Positions 8,313 through 15,310 of a stretch of 16,995 nucleotides of DNA are shown here, piece by piece. Position 1 is the stretch's first letter; each line of letters starts with the position of its first letter. The DNA comes from a virus. The stretch lies in UHGV virus genome UHGV-1578121, one strand, 5' to 3'. Made by a program: the position numbers and the translations under genes. The notes beneath the pieces are model-generated. The model did not search any database and was not told where the DNA came from. It saw only the letters and a list, made by a program, of their open reading frames with translations.

Positions 8313-8684
8313 TTAAGATGTGAATACAGTGTTAAAACCAGCCATTTGGAAGCCTTTAGCAGCCAGAGCAGCAATAGCGGCTTCTTTAATAGCGCCTTCA
8401 ACATTCAGAGCATCAGACTTGATGCAAACCAGTCCGGCATTGCTACGCAGCACGTTAACGGTTTTAGCGTCGCCAGCGGATACCGCATCAGACACAACCA
8501 TAAGAACATCGCCGCCGCTTACATATTCAGCGCCGTCACTGGTAATCAGATCGCCGCATTCAACATCAACCGCCAGATCAACGGTAAAAGATTGCACACA
8601 ACCGAACTCATCAGTTGCATATGAAACGATATCGGTAAATGATTTGCGAACTGGAAACAGATCGCTCATATTAATAATAGCCAT
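8313..8684 (-). CDS. putative head decoration protein, gpD-like (123 aa)
   Basis: AAGGAAAC RBS; size and position directly upstream of the E-like capsid gene mimic the lambda D-E pair; Ala/Gly/Val-rich; no confident motif match. Confidence 0.4.
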   Translation of the reverse strand: MAIINMSDLFPVRKSFTDIVSYATDEFGCVQSFTVDLAVDVECGDLITSDGAEYVSGGDVLMVVSDAVSAGDAKTVNVLRSNAGLVCIKSDALNVEGAIKEAAIAALAAKGFQMAGFNTVFTS

Positions 8685-8686
8685 AA

Positions 8687-8902
8687 TTAATAGTTTCCTT
8701 TTTTGGATTGTTTGATTTGTTCTGCTTTTGCTTTAATCAGATCCTGCATAGTAGGTTTCTGTTCATCAGCAGACTTAAAAAGCTTATCACAATGTTTTTT
8801 CAATTCTGTTGGAGTGATCCCCAACATATAAGCCGTAGCATTGAATGTTTCATCAGTGATAATCAATTCTTCGTTACCATTCTTTAGAATTAGATTTTGC
8901 AT
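8687..8902 (-). CDS. hypothetical small protein (71 aa from internal ATG; ORF-track version 8687..8929)
   Basis: Stop overlaps the D-like start region (4-nt spacing); the second ATG has a weak AAAGG upstream, the first has none. Confidence 0.45.
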   Translation of the reverse strand: MQNLILKNGNEELIITDETFNATAYMLGITPTELKKHCDKLFKSADEQKPTMQDLIKAKAEQIKQSKKGNY

Positions 8903-8950
8903 TGTTGCTTTACCTTTTATTCCTAACATTCTTGTTTAGTGCTGATAAAA

Positions 8951-8980
8951 TAAAACCGGAAGGGAAAAGCTTCCGGCTTT
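8951..8980 (-). terminator. rho-independent terminator (minus-strand orientation favoured)
   Basis: Perfect 7-bp stem CCGGAAG/CTTCCGG with 7-nt loop; on the minus strand the stem is followed by TTTTATTTTAT; located immediately upstream of the capsid gene block. Confidence 0.6.
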
Positions 8981-9783
8981 ATGAATACAACATTGAAGGA
9001 TGTTATAGAGTAGTGTTACTAAATCGCAGTTATATGCACTTAAAGAGGTAGGACATATAAGAATAAGATTTCTTATTGTTATAAGCCCTTGAGGGGTGAA
9101 TAACAGGCTTACAGAGGAGTAGGCGCTTAGGAGGTCGCCCCCTTGGAAAGGAATCATTGTAAACCTGTTATTCGTGCGATGGCTAATCGCTGTCTTTCTC
9201 AATGTGGATGCATCGATCAGACTATTCAGGAATCACCTATTAACTTTCAAACCTTTTGGATTCTCATTTTAATAGGAGGCGGTGCCGAGATGATTTCGGG
9301 GATCATCCACGCTTTCGCGTTCTAAGATTGACACCTTAATAAACACCAACAAAAACATATTCAGCTCATTGTTGTCAAGAAACAATATACACCGTTATTT
9401 GTTTATACGGGGTTTATAGAACACTGAAAAACAGTGCTTTTAGAAAGTGTTTCGTGTTTCATGCTTCATAGTTGATTAAAAGATGAGGGGCCAAGTCCAT
9501 AGCCCCTGCATTCTCAAATACACAATATGATAAAGCAATAAAGAATAAGGAAAATAAAATGAAACTATTTTTTAAGAGGAAACAATTTCTAAAAATCACT
9601 GTAAATGGAAAGCGAGGTAGGTTAGATAGGGCGCAACCCCTTGAGGTCTACCCCGCTTTCATGTAGATTAGAATAGGGAGAAGAATTAACACCAGCTAAC
9701 TCCAATTTCCATTCAATACTCTTCATTTATTATTCTAACAGATTTGTCAGTAGAAGTCAATATTTAAATCAATAAAAATTAAT

Positions 9784-9876
9784 TTATTTTTCGTTTGTTA
9801 ATTCCCACTTACCGAACATGCAGTTGCCATCTAAAACAATAGTTTGTTCGTTACCGTTATCATCGGTTACGTGCAT
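9784..9876 (-). CDS. hypothetical small protein (30 aa), translationally coupled
   Basis: ATG overlaps the stop of the upstream 38-aa ORF (TGATG); reads MHVTDDNGNEQTIVLDGNCMFGKWELTNEK; below the ORF-track size cut-off, found by manual translation. Confidence 0.3.
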   Translation of the reverse strand: MHVTDDNGNEQTIVLDGNCMFGKWELTNEK

Positions 9877-9992
9877 CAGGCGGCCTGAGTGTCGAGCTTA
9901 CCAGTGTAGATCTTGCCTACTGTGAAACAATGGCACGATATGCCTTCTTCTGTAAGTGCCAGTAAACGGGCACGTTTGGTTTTTACTGTCAT
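9876..9992 (-). CDS. hypothetical small protein (38 aa), translationally coupled
   Basis: ATG overlaps the stop of the upstream 102-aa ORF (ATGA); reads MTVKTKRARLLALTEEGISCHCFTVGKIYTGKLDTQAA; found by manual translation. Confidence 0.3.
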   Translation of the reverse strand: MTVKTKRARLLALTEEGISCHCFTVGKIYTGKLDTQAA

Positions 9993-10297
9993 TGGTTAAC
10001 CTTATCGATTAGTTCTGCTATGAGTGGTTGAAGATCAGCTACCGCTTGTTGCATGATTTCAGTGGTGTCATTGATCACGATAATCAGGTTACTCAGATCA
10101 TCAGCTTCAACCTGTGCACCTTCGGATTGTTCGCACGCTGCAATAAGTAGTTGCAATGCTTCCCGCGTCGATTCCAGATTAATAACCGCCTGTGTGATGG
10201 TCAGTTCGCTTGGATATTCCATCGCTGCGTTAACTGCTTTCTGCAAGTCAATAACAAGGTCCATCATTTGGATAGTTACGTTGTGTACTTCGCTCAT
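9989..10297 (-). CDS. hypothetical highly acidic alpha-helical protein (102 aa)
   Basis: Provided ORF; strongly acidic composition (many D/E, few K/R); start overlaps stop of the upstream 70-aa ORF by 1 nt. Confidence 0.55.
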   Translation of the reverse strand: MSEVHNVTIQMMDLVIDLQKAVNAAMEYPSELTITQAVINLESTREALQLLIAACEQSEGAQVEADDLSNLIIVINDTTEIMQQAVADLQPLIAELIDKVNQ

Positions 10298-10509
10298 TAT
10301 GCCGCTTCCTCTAATTGTTGTTGTGCTTCACGAGCTTTAGTCAATGCAATCTGTAGCGGTATTCTGTAAGTTGCAATGCTGTCTACAACGTCATCCAGAG
10401 TTGCCAGATCGTTCTCTTCCTTTGCACGTTCAATAATATTTATAAAACATTCTGAAAGAAGCTTAAGATCATGAAAAGTGGTTGTCTCTAAAATTACTTT
10501 GTTAATCAT
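10297..10509 (-). CDS. hypothetical acidic helical protein (70 aa)
   Basis: Provided ORF; coupled to the downstream 102-aa ORF; ends with QQQLEEAA helical tail. Confidence 0.5.
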   Translation of the reverse strand: MINKVILETTTFHDLKLLSECFINIIERAKEENDLATLDDVVDSIATYRIPLQIALTKAREAQQQLEEAA

Positions 10510-10550
10510 TTTATTTTCCTTTTGTTAAGGGTTATATTCAGCCAACGCTG

Positions 10551-10931
10551 TTAATCGTCTATTTTTATTCTTTCAAGCATAAGTAACTCTGTCTCTCTTG
10601 CGCCTGCATACTGCAAACTATTAAGAGCCATGTAGCCACGAAAATGATTCATATCCTGGAAGCCTAAACACTGCCACCTTTTAAGAAGGCTGCTATCAAT
10701 GATTGTTGTTTTGCGTGGGCGTGGATTGAAGTAAACACCATCCATACTTTGAATGATTGATAATTCTTCGTCTGTCAATTCTGGGCTTGGTTCTTCAAGT
10801 ATAAAGATCAATTCCTCGCCTGGTTGTGCATCATGCTCATAATTATATTTGCGAGGATTGTTTAACGCATACTGATCACATGCTTCGCCAATAGCCATTA
10901 TTACGTTTTTCTTGCTTTTTTGCTTGCTCAT
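10551..10931 (-). CDS. hypothetical protein (126 aa)
   Basis: Provided ORF with strong AGGGGA RBS about 7 nt upstream of the ATG; no recognisable motif. Confidence 0.55.
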   Translation of the reverse strand: MSKQKSKKNVIMAIGEACDQYALNNPRKYNYEHDAQPGEELIFILEEPSPELTDEELSIIQSMDGVYFNPRPRKTTIIDSSLLKRWQCLGFQDMNHFRGYMALNSLQYAGARETELLMLERIKIDD

Positions 10932-11043
10932 TGCTTCCCCTTCGTTTTGGTTTTCTTGTTGCAGTGTTAAAAAAGGAAGCGATCATGAATACTAAGAAAA
11001 ATATTAAGCTTTCCATTGTTTCACCCTTCAAGATGTTTGATAG

Positions 11044-11064
11044 TTGTTTGTTGTTTGTTGTTTG
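11044..11064. repeat. tandem heptamer repeat (TTGTTTG)x3 in an intergenic gap
   Basis: Read directly: ttgtttg ttgtttg ttgtttg tttt between the 72-aa and 126-aa minus-strand genes. Confidence 0.6.
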
Positions 11065-11066
11065 TT

Positions 11067-11285
11067 TTAAGCTACAGAGTCGATTCTGAATGCTTTCATA
11101 TGAGTTTTTGTATACTGCAATAATCCTTGTTTACTTAGGTTATCGAGAAGAGCATATAAAAATTGCACACCTACCACACCGGAAAACTCAGAATCAAACA
11201 GAATCATTCCCGTTCTTTCCCGTAAATATTGCAGAAAGATTTCTTGTGAAAATTCGCCATCGAATATGATCACAGTGTCACCCAC
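11067..11285 (-). CDS. hypothetical protein (72 aa); GTG start with no RBS, may be the C-terminal part of a frameshifted gene together with 11270..11527
   Basis: Provided ORF; first codon is GTG with an in-frame stop immediately upstream; overlaps the 85-aa ORF by 16 nt in another frame. Confidence 0.35.
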   Translation of the reverse strand: MGDTVIIFDGEFSQEIFLQYLRERTGMILFDSEFSGVVGVQFLYALLDNLSKQGLLQYTKTHMKAFRIDSVA

Positions 11286-11527
11286 AATTCAAACGGGCTT
11301 ATCTCAAGCAGTCTGAACGTTTGATTATTCACAGCTTCATACTGAATTACCCCAAAATGGCTTAGGTGATTTAGCCAATGCTGCGTGTGTTCTTTACTGT
11401 GCGGTAACTCCTGAAAGCTGATAATCGCGGGTAGCTCATAATTGCTATCAGCAAGCTGTTTTGCCAGTGTGTAGCCGCTTTCTGTAATTTCGAATGTTCG
11501 TTTGTTTAATGTCAGGTTGTATTTCAT
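11270..11527 (-). CDS. hypothetical protein (85 aa); possibly the N-terminal part of a frameshifted/fused gene
   Basis: Provided ORF, tightly packed after the 221-aa gene; 3' end overlaps the next ORF. Confidence 0.45.
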   Translation of the reverse strand: MKYNLTLNKRTFEITESGYTLAKQLADSNYELPAIISFQELPHSKEHTQHWLNHLSHFGVIQYEAVNNQTFRLLEISPFELWVTL

Positions 11528-11539
11528 TTTTTATTCTCC

Positions 11540-12205
11540 TTAAAATGGTATTGAGTCATAGATTTCACTTTCTTTTCTCAGGGCTATCATCAGTGCATTA
11601 AAAGCATCATCTTCAAGAATTATCCTCTTCGAGGTCAGTGCACGTTTTATAAAATTTTCTGTTTCTTCTTGCATAGGCTTTTGGCTGTCTATGGAAATAA
11701 GCCATGTAAAAAGATCAGATTGTTCCGTGATTTCTGCCTGTGTTTCCTGCTCAATAGAGTGTGTCGCTTCTAACGGTTCCTGTGTTTCAGGTGCAGGCTG
11801 TTCTACGTTTACAGAGGTTTTTACGTCTTCCGGTGGTGTGATGTGTGCATCTGTAAAGGGTAATGCTTTATAGAGTGATGTTTGCCCGTCCCGTGCCTCT
11901 ACAGAAAGAACACCCATATCAATAAACATATTTATAATATTACGCACCTGACGATCACTAACCATTCCAATATTAGCTAATGTTTTTTGATTGGCGTAAC
12001 ATTCTTGCCCTTGTTCATTGAACCCAGCTACGTAACTGTAGATTTCAACGGCTGGAAGTGTCGCGGTGTATTCCTTACCTGACGGTGAGAACCACTTTTT
12101 AAACATCTTCAGCCATTGTTCAACTACTACATATGTTTGTTTACTATCTTTCTTATTGAGGCATTGCGCTTTTGCTTCGGCAATTGTTTTGGTGTTTTGG
12201 TTCAT
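11540..12205 (-). CDS. putative replication-initiator-like / winged-HTH DNA-binding protein with acidic C-terminal half (221 aa)
   Basis: Strong AAGGAGG RBS; N-terminal region YSYVAGFNEQGQECYANQKTLANIGMVSDRQVRNIINMFIDMGVL resembles the N-terminal DNA-binding domain of lambda-O-type replisome organisers (recalled pattern); C-terminal part E/Q/T-rich. Confidence 0.45.
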   Translation of the reverse strand: MNQNTKTIAEAKAQCLNKKDSKQTYVVVEQWLKMFKKWFSPSGKEYTATLPAVEIYSYVAGFNEQGQECYANQKTLANIGMVSDRQVRNIINMFIDMGVLSVEARDGQTSLYKALPFTDAHITPPEDVKTSVNVEQPAPETQEPLEATHSIEQETQAEITEQSDLFTWLISIDSQKPMQEETENFIKRALTSKRIILEDDAFNALMIALRKESEIYDSIPF

Positions 12206-12329
12206 TTAGTTCCTCCTTTGTAAGGACTGTAATTAGTAATTCATTAACAAGTTTTGGAATTGATTTCCCTTCTGCCTTTGCACGATTTAACAACGCGTTA
12301 TAAGTTGCAGAATCAAAATTAATATTCAT
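12153..12329 (-). CDS. putative ribbon-helix-helix-like small regulator (58 aa), overlaps start of the 221-aa gene
   Basis: Manual translation MNINFDSATYNALLNRAKAEGKSIPKLVNELLITVLTKEE: beta-strand then helix pattern typical of RHH/CopG-like proteins; strong AAGGAG RBS; 53-nt out-of-frame overlap with the next gene lowers confidence. Confidence 0.35.
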   Translation of the reverse strand: MNINFDSATYNALLNRAKAEGKSIPKLVNELLITVLTKEELNEPKHQNNCRSKSAMPQ

Positions 12330-12352
12330 TTGGCTTTCTCCTTCTCCTGTTA

Positions 12353-12535
12353 TTATTCTTTCTCTACTTCTGCCTTACGCAGTTCATCAATAATTTTTAG
12401 TGCATCGTCAAAGCATTTTTCACGCTCTGGATAACCACAGCGCCGCGCTGTGTTCCTGTTCATCCTTACTTGATGTCGTGTTAGCTCACCTTTTTTAAAT
12501 GCCTCTACGACGTGTTCCGGTGTATACCATTTCAT
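12353..12535 (-). CDS. hypothetical small basic protein (60 aa), first gene of the leftward early operon
   Basis: Provided ORF with strong AAGGAG RBS 6 nt upstream; directly downstream of the long non-coding region. Confidence 0.5.
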   Translation of the reverse strand: MKWYTPEHVVEAFKKGELTRHQVRMNRNTARRCGYPEREKCFDDALKIIDELRKAEVEKE

Positions 12536-13404
12536 AAAAACTCCTTATTTAGATAAAAGAAAAACACACCTTGCAGCCTAACGGCTCAAAGTGCAGTGTT
12601 CTGTGATTTGATTATTTAGATGGAGAGAGATGTTTCTCCCCTCCCTACTTACAATACTACATAACGGCGGCTTTGTCAACCCTCTTTTATAAAAAATTTG
12701 ATCATTTTCAATTTCTTATAATTTTTCTTAGCTTTTTGTGCTGCCTACTCTGGTACAATTCTTCCCTGTTGTCTAAAACGCTCTCAATCGCACTCTGACG
12801 GGGTTTTGATAAAAATAATACATTCCCTTATGTAGAGGTTGTTTATCTCGTCAGAGGCTTATTTAAGGGGCTTATTTTTGATTTATCAGATGATGGAAAG
12901 ATGGTGGATAGATAAACTCTGATTTCAGACATCTTATAAAATACCTGCAAAGTTCTCAGAAGCTCTGTAACGAGCTAATCTATTACCGCTAAGGTGTTTC
13001 CCTTACATTACCCTGTTTAGCTCGCCTACGGCTTGATTTAAGCGGTAGAATCTTATTTAACCTTCAACTACAAAAACCATTCTTTCTTTTTTGTTGTTGG
13101 TTGTTTTGTCATGTTATGCGTTAGCATCCCCAAAGGGTAACGCGACACTAACAACCATTCGCTTACGCTCAGGTTATTGCACAAGTAAATTTCAATCGTT
13201 AGATGGTAGTTAGTTAATTATCGTTCTGCGCACAGCGCAAGACTATTAGCCATACGCAAGTCGTAGGCTATTTGCACATAGTAGATTACATATTCGTTGT
13301 GAGCGGAAAGCGAACATAGATCAGCTAACTACTAACAAAAAACAAAAAACAAAAACTATCTGTTATGACAAGCATCAGTCTAACTTGTGCAAGGTTCTGG
13401 CGAA

Positions 13405-13473
13405 TGCCAATAGATTAAGGGATAGTCGAAGACTCCCTAACGGGTATCCCTATAATTATTCTTTAAAAGATAA
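13405..13473. repeat. copy 1 of a ~70-bp direct repeat containing a nested hairpin (AGGGATA...TATCCCT) and a TATAAT hexamer
   Basis: tgccaatagattaagggatagtcgaagactccctaacgggtatccctataattattctttaaaagataa read directly; near-identical copy at 13588-13657. Confidence 0.7.
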
Positions 13474-13518
13474 AAGAATTTATAAAAGATAGTTTAATTG
13501 TAGTTTAATTATAGTATT

Positions 13519-13571
13519 GTAGGAACTCATTTCCTGGGTAGGTAGGAACTCATTTCCTGGGTAGGTAGGAA
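13519..13571. repeat. 23-bp tandem repeat x2.3 (gtaggaactcatttcctgggtag), each unit with internal palindrome AGGAA-ctcat-TTCCT
   Basis: Read directly; lies between the two copies of the 70-bp direct repeat. Confidence 0.7.
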
Positions 13572-13587
13572 ACCCGCACTATACGAT

Positions 13588-13657
13588 TGCCAATAGATTA
13601 AGGGATAGTCGAAGACTCCCCTAACGGGTATCCCTATAATTATTCTTTAAAAGATAA
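13588..13657. repeat. copy 2 of the ~70-bp direct repeat (one extra C relative to copy 1)
   Basis: tgccaatagattaagggatagtcgaagactcccctaacgggtatccctataattattctttaaaagataa read directly. Confidence 0.7.
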
Positions 13658-14334
13658 TTATAGTTAGTTGTTAGTTTTATTATTAGTATTATTAAAGTAA
13701 TCTTATTGTCAGTCATCGTGACCGACACCCCCCCACACAACATCTGTGCAATGATCTTCTAAAAGTGTTTCTTGCTATCAAAAATTAAAAAAACAGGCTT
13801 AAATTCAAGATTAATTGATGATTAATCCCTATGTAATTCCATACTAAAAATTCAATGAAAAGTAGATTCAAAGTGCAATTCTTACTTTCTTCACTTTTAC
13901 ATTATCATCAGCAAAGCCTTATGTAATGCGGCATATAGCGTATCACTGCAAAATTGTTGCTCAATAAACGTTCTACCATTTGTTGAACGAATGTTCACTC
14001 GTGCACATCTCAAAGAGAATAATTATTTATCATACAATTCCATAATAAGAATTATTATCACTTATAATGCAATACAACCCAGATTCGATACACTTTAGCA
14101 AAGTGTATTCTGTAACCTACTGATCTTTATATACTCAGGCATATATAGACCATTTATCGCTATTTATTGGCTTTTTTTCATCTGCCGAAAATAAATTTCT
14201 TGACAAGACAGATCATTTGTGAGCGGCTTGCATAAAATAAATTTACTTATAAATCAACAAGATATTTCATATTTGTGCCTGCATCAGATCGGGAGGCTTG
14301 ATCTTTGTGTTCAACGATGGTGACGGACGCACCT

Positions 14335-14420
14335 AAATTAAATCGGTTTTAATCGCCTTTAATACCTTTTAATCAGTCTTAATCACCTTTTAATAGCCCT
14401 TTAATCATTTTTGATCATTT
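14335..14420. promoter_or_regulatory. array of eight TTTTAATC-like repeats phased at 10-11 bp (helical repeat): candidate curved DNA / iteron / protein-binding array upstream of the short recombinase gene
   Basis: aatcggtttt aatcgccttt aatacctttt aatcagtctt aatcaccttt taatagccct ttaatcattt ttgatcattt read directly with near-constant 10-bp period. Confidence 0.6.
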
Positions 14421-14517
14421 AGTGCTCTCAACCATAAAACGTATCGTGCAACATATTGAAAATGATCATTTTATGATCAAAACTACTTTCATTGAAACGA
14501 ATAAGGAGAGTATAAAG

Positions 14518-15096
14518 ATGAAAGGTATTAGCCAAGCCCTCAAGAATGTAGACGAGGTAAAAACAGTAGCAGCAGAGCTACAGCGCAATAGTAAAACCAA
14601 CCTGTTTTATTGCTTATGGGTGTTTATGTATGAAAGCGGGTTGCGTGTCTCTGACGTACTCAAGCTAAAATATCAGGATGTTGAGGGGCAATCTCATTTG
14701 AAGATAAAGCAGGAGAAAACCGGAAACGTAGTAAGGCCAAAAGTTACCCCCGCCATGTTGTCAGTGGTGGCACAACGCAAGGCAGAGCAAACGAAGATGC
14801 CTGTAGCTACAGATTTTATTTTCAGTGCTGGCACATTACGCAGTAAAGGCGAAGCCGTAACCCGTAACACGGTATTCACTGAATTTGGGAAGATGGGACG
14901 TAGAGCCGGATTCTCTAATGTGGGATGCCATACGCCACGTAAAAGTCGGGGCCGTGTGATGTTTGATGCAGGGGTAGCTATAGAGACAATAGCCCATTTC
15001 CTGGGACAGACAGATCCGCGCTCTACTATGTATTACATCGGGTATGGTCAGGATGTGCAGGACGATTTAGCAGAGGAGTTTTCTTTAGAATGGTGA
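14518..15096 (+). CDS. short tyrosine recombinase, catalytic domain only, FimB/FimE-like (192 aa)
   Basis: Start moved to ATG 14518, which has AAGGAG 8 nt upstream (ORF-track start 14422 has none); motifs LFYCLWVFMYESGLRVSDVLKLKYQDV (box I Arg), CHTPRKSRGR (H-x-x-R) and LGQTDPRSTMYY (catalytic Tyr); size typical of invertase-type recombinases. Confidence 0.75.
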   Translation: MKGISQALKNVDEVKTVAAELQRNSKTNLFYCLWVFMYESGLRVSDVLKLKYQDVEGQSHLKIKQEKTGNVVRPKVTPAMLSVVAQRKAEQTKMPVATDFIFSAGTLRSKGEAVTRNTVFTEFGKMGRRAGFSNVGCHTPRKSRGRVMFDAGVAIETIAHFLGQTDPRSTMYYIGYGQDVQDDLAEEFSLEW

Positions 15097-15305
15097 TCCA
15101 AATTAAAAGCTTATTTGTGCTGACGTTGGCGCTATTGCCTGTCCTATCGAATGCCGGACAGATAACAATGGTCAACCCACAGGAAGAACAGACGGAGAAT
15201 GGAAAAACGCTGTGCACGTATCAGAACAGCAATTATCTGTTCACTTACGTAACTAAGGGGAAATGCCCTTATGCAAAAACATTTGACACTTCCGCCAAAG
15301 AATAA
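15090..15305 (+). CDS. small secreted protein (71 aa precursor) with predicted signal peptide and two Cys in the mature part
   Basis: N-terminus MVIQIKSLFVLTLALLPVLSNA followed by GQ looks like a Sec signal peptide with AxA-type cleavage site; ATG overlaps the recombinase stop (ATGGTGA), suggesting coupling. Confidence 0.45.
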   Translation: MVIQIKSLFVLTLALLPVLSNAGQITMVNPQEEQTENGKTLCTYQNSNYLFTYVTKGKCPYAKTFDTSAKE

Positions 15306-15310
15306 CGATT

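Noticed and set aside
8936-9202. 88-aa minus-strand ORF spanning the terminator hairpin and non-coding region
   Set aside because: Runs through a strong hairpin terminator, has no ribosome-binding site and a low-complexity translation; more likely non-coding.
10876-11016. 46-aa minus-strand ORF (MESLIFFLVFMIASFF...) encoding a hydrophobic helix plus basic tail, directly downstream of the heptamer repeat
   Set aside because: Has a plausible GGTGA ribosome-binding site but overlaps the strongly supported start of the 126-aa gene by 56 nt out of frame; could be a small membrane peptide but cannot be supported without expression or conservation data.
3748-12535. Classifying the right-hand element as a capsid-forming PICI or a P4-like satellite
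   Set aside because: Capsid-forming PICIs carry terminase, portal and protease genes and P4-like elements carry no capsid gene; neither pattern fits the orphan D/E-like pair seen here, so the class was left open.
13405-13657. CRISPR array interpretation of the direct repeats
   Set aside because: Only two copies of a 70-bp unit separated by 114 bp that itself contains other tandem repeats; repeat length, copy number and spacing do not fit a CRISPR array, and no cas genes are present.
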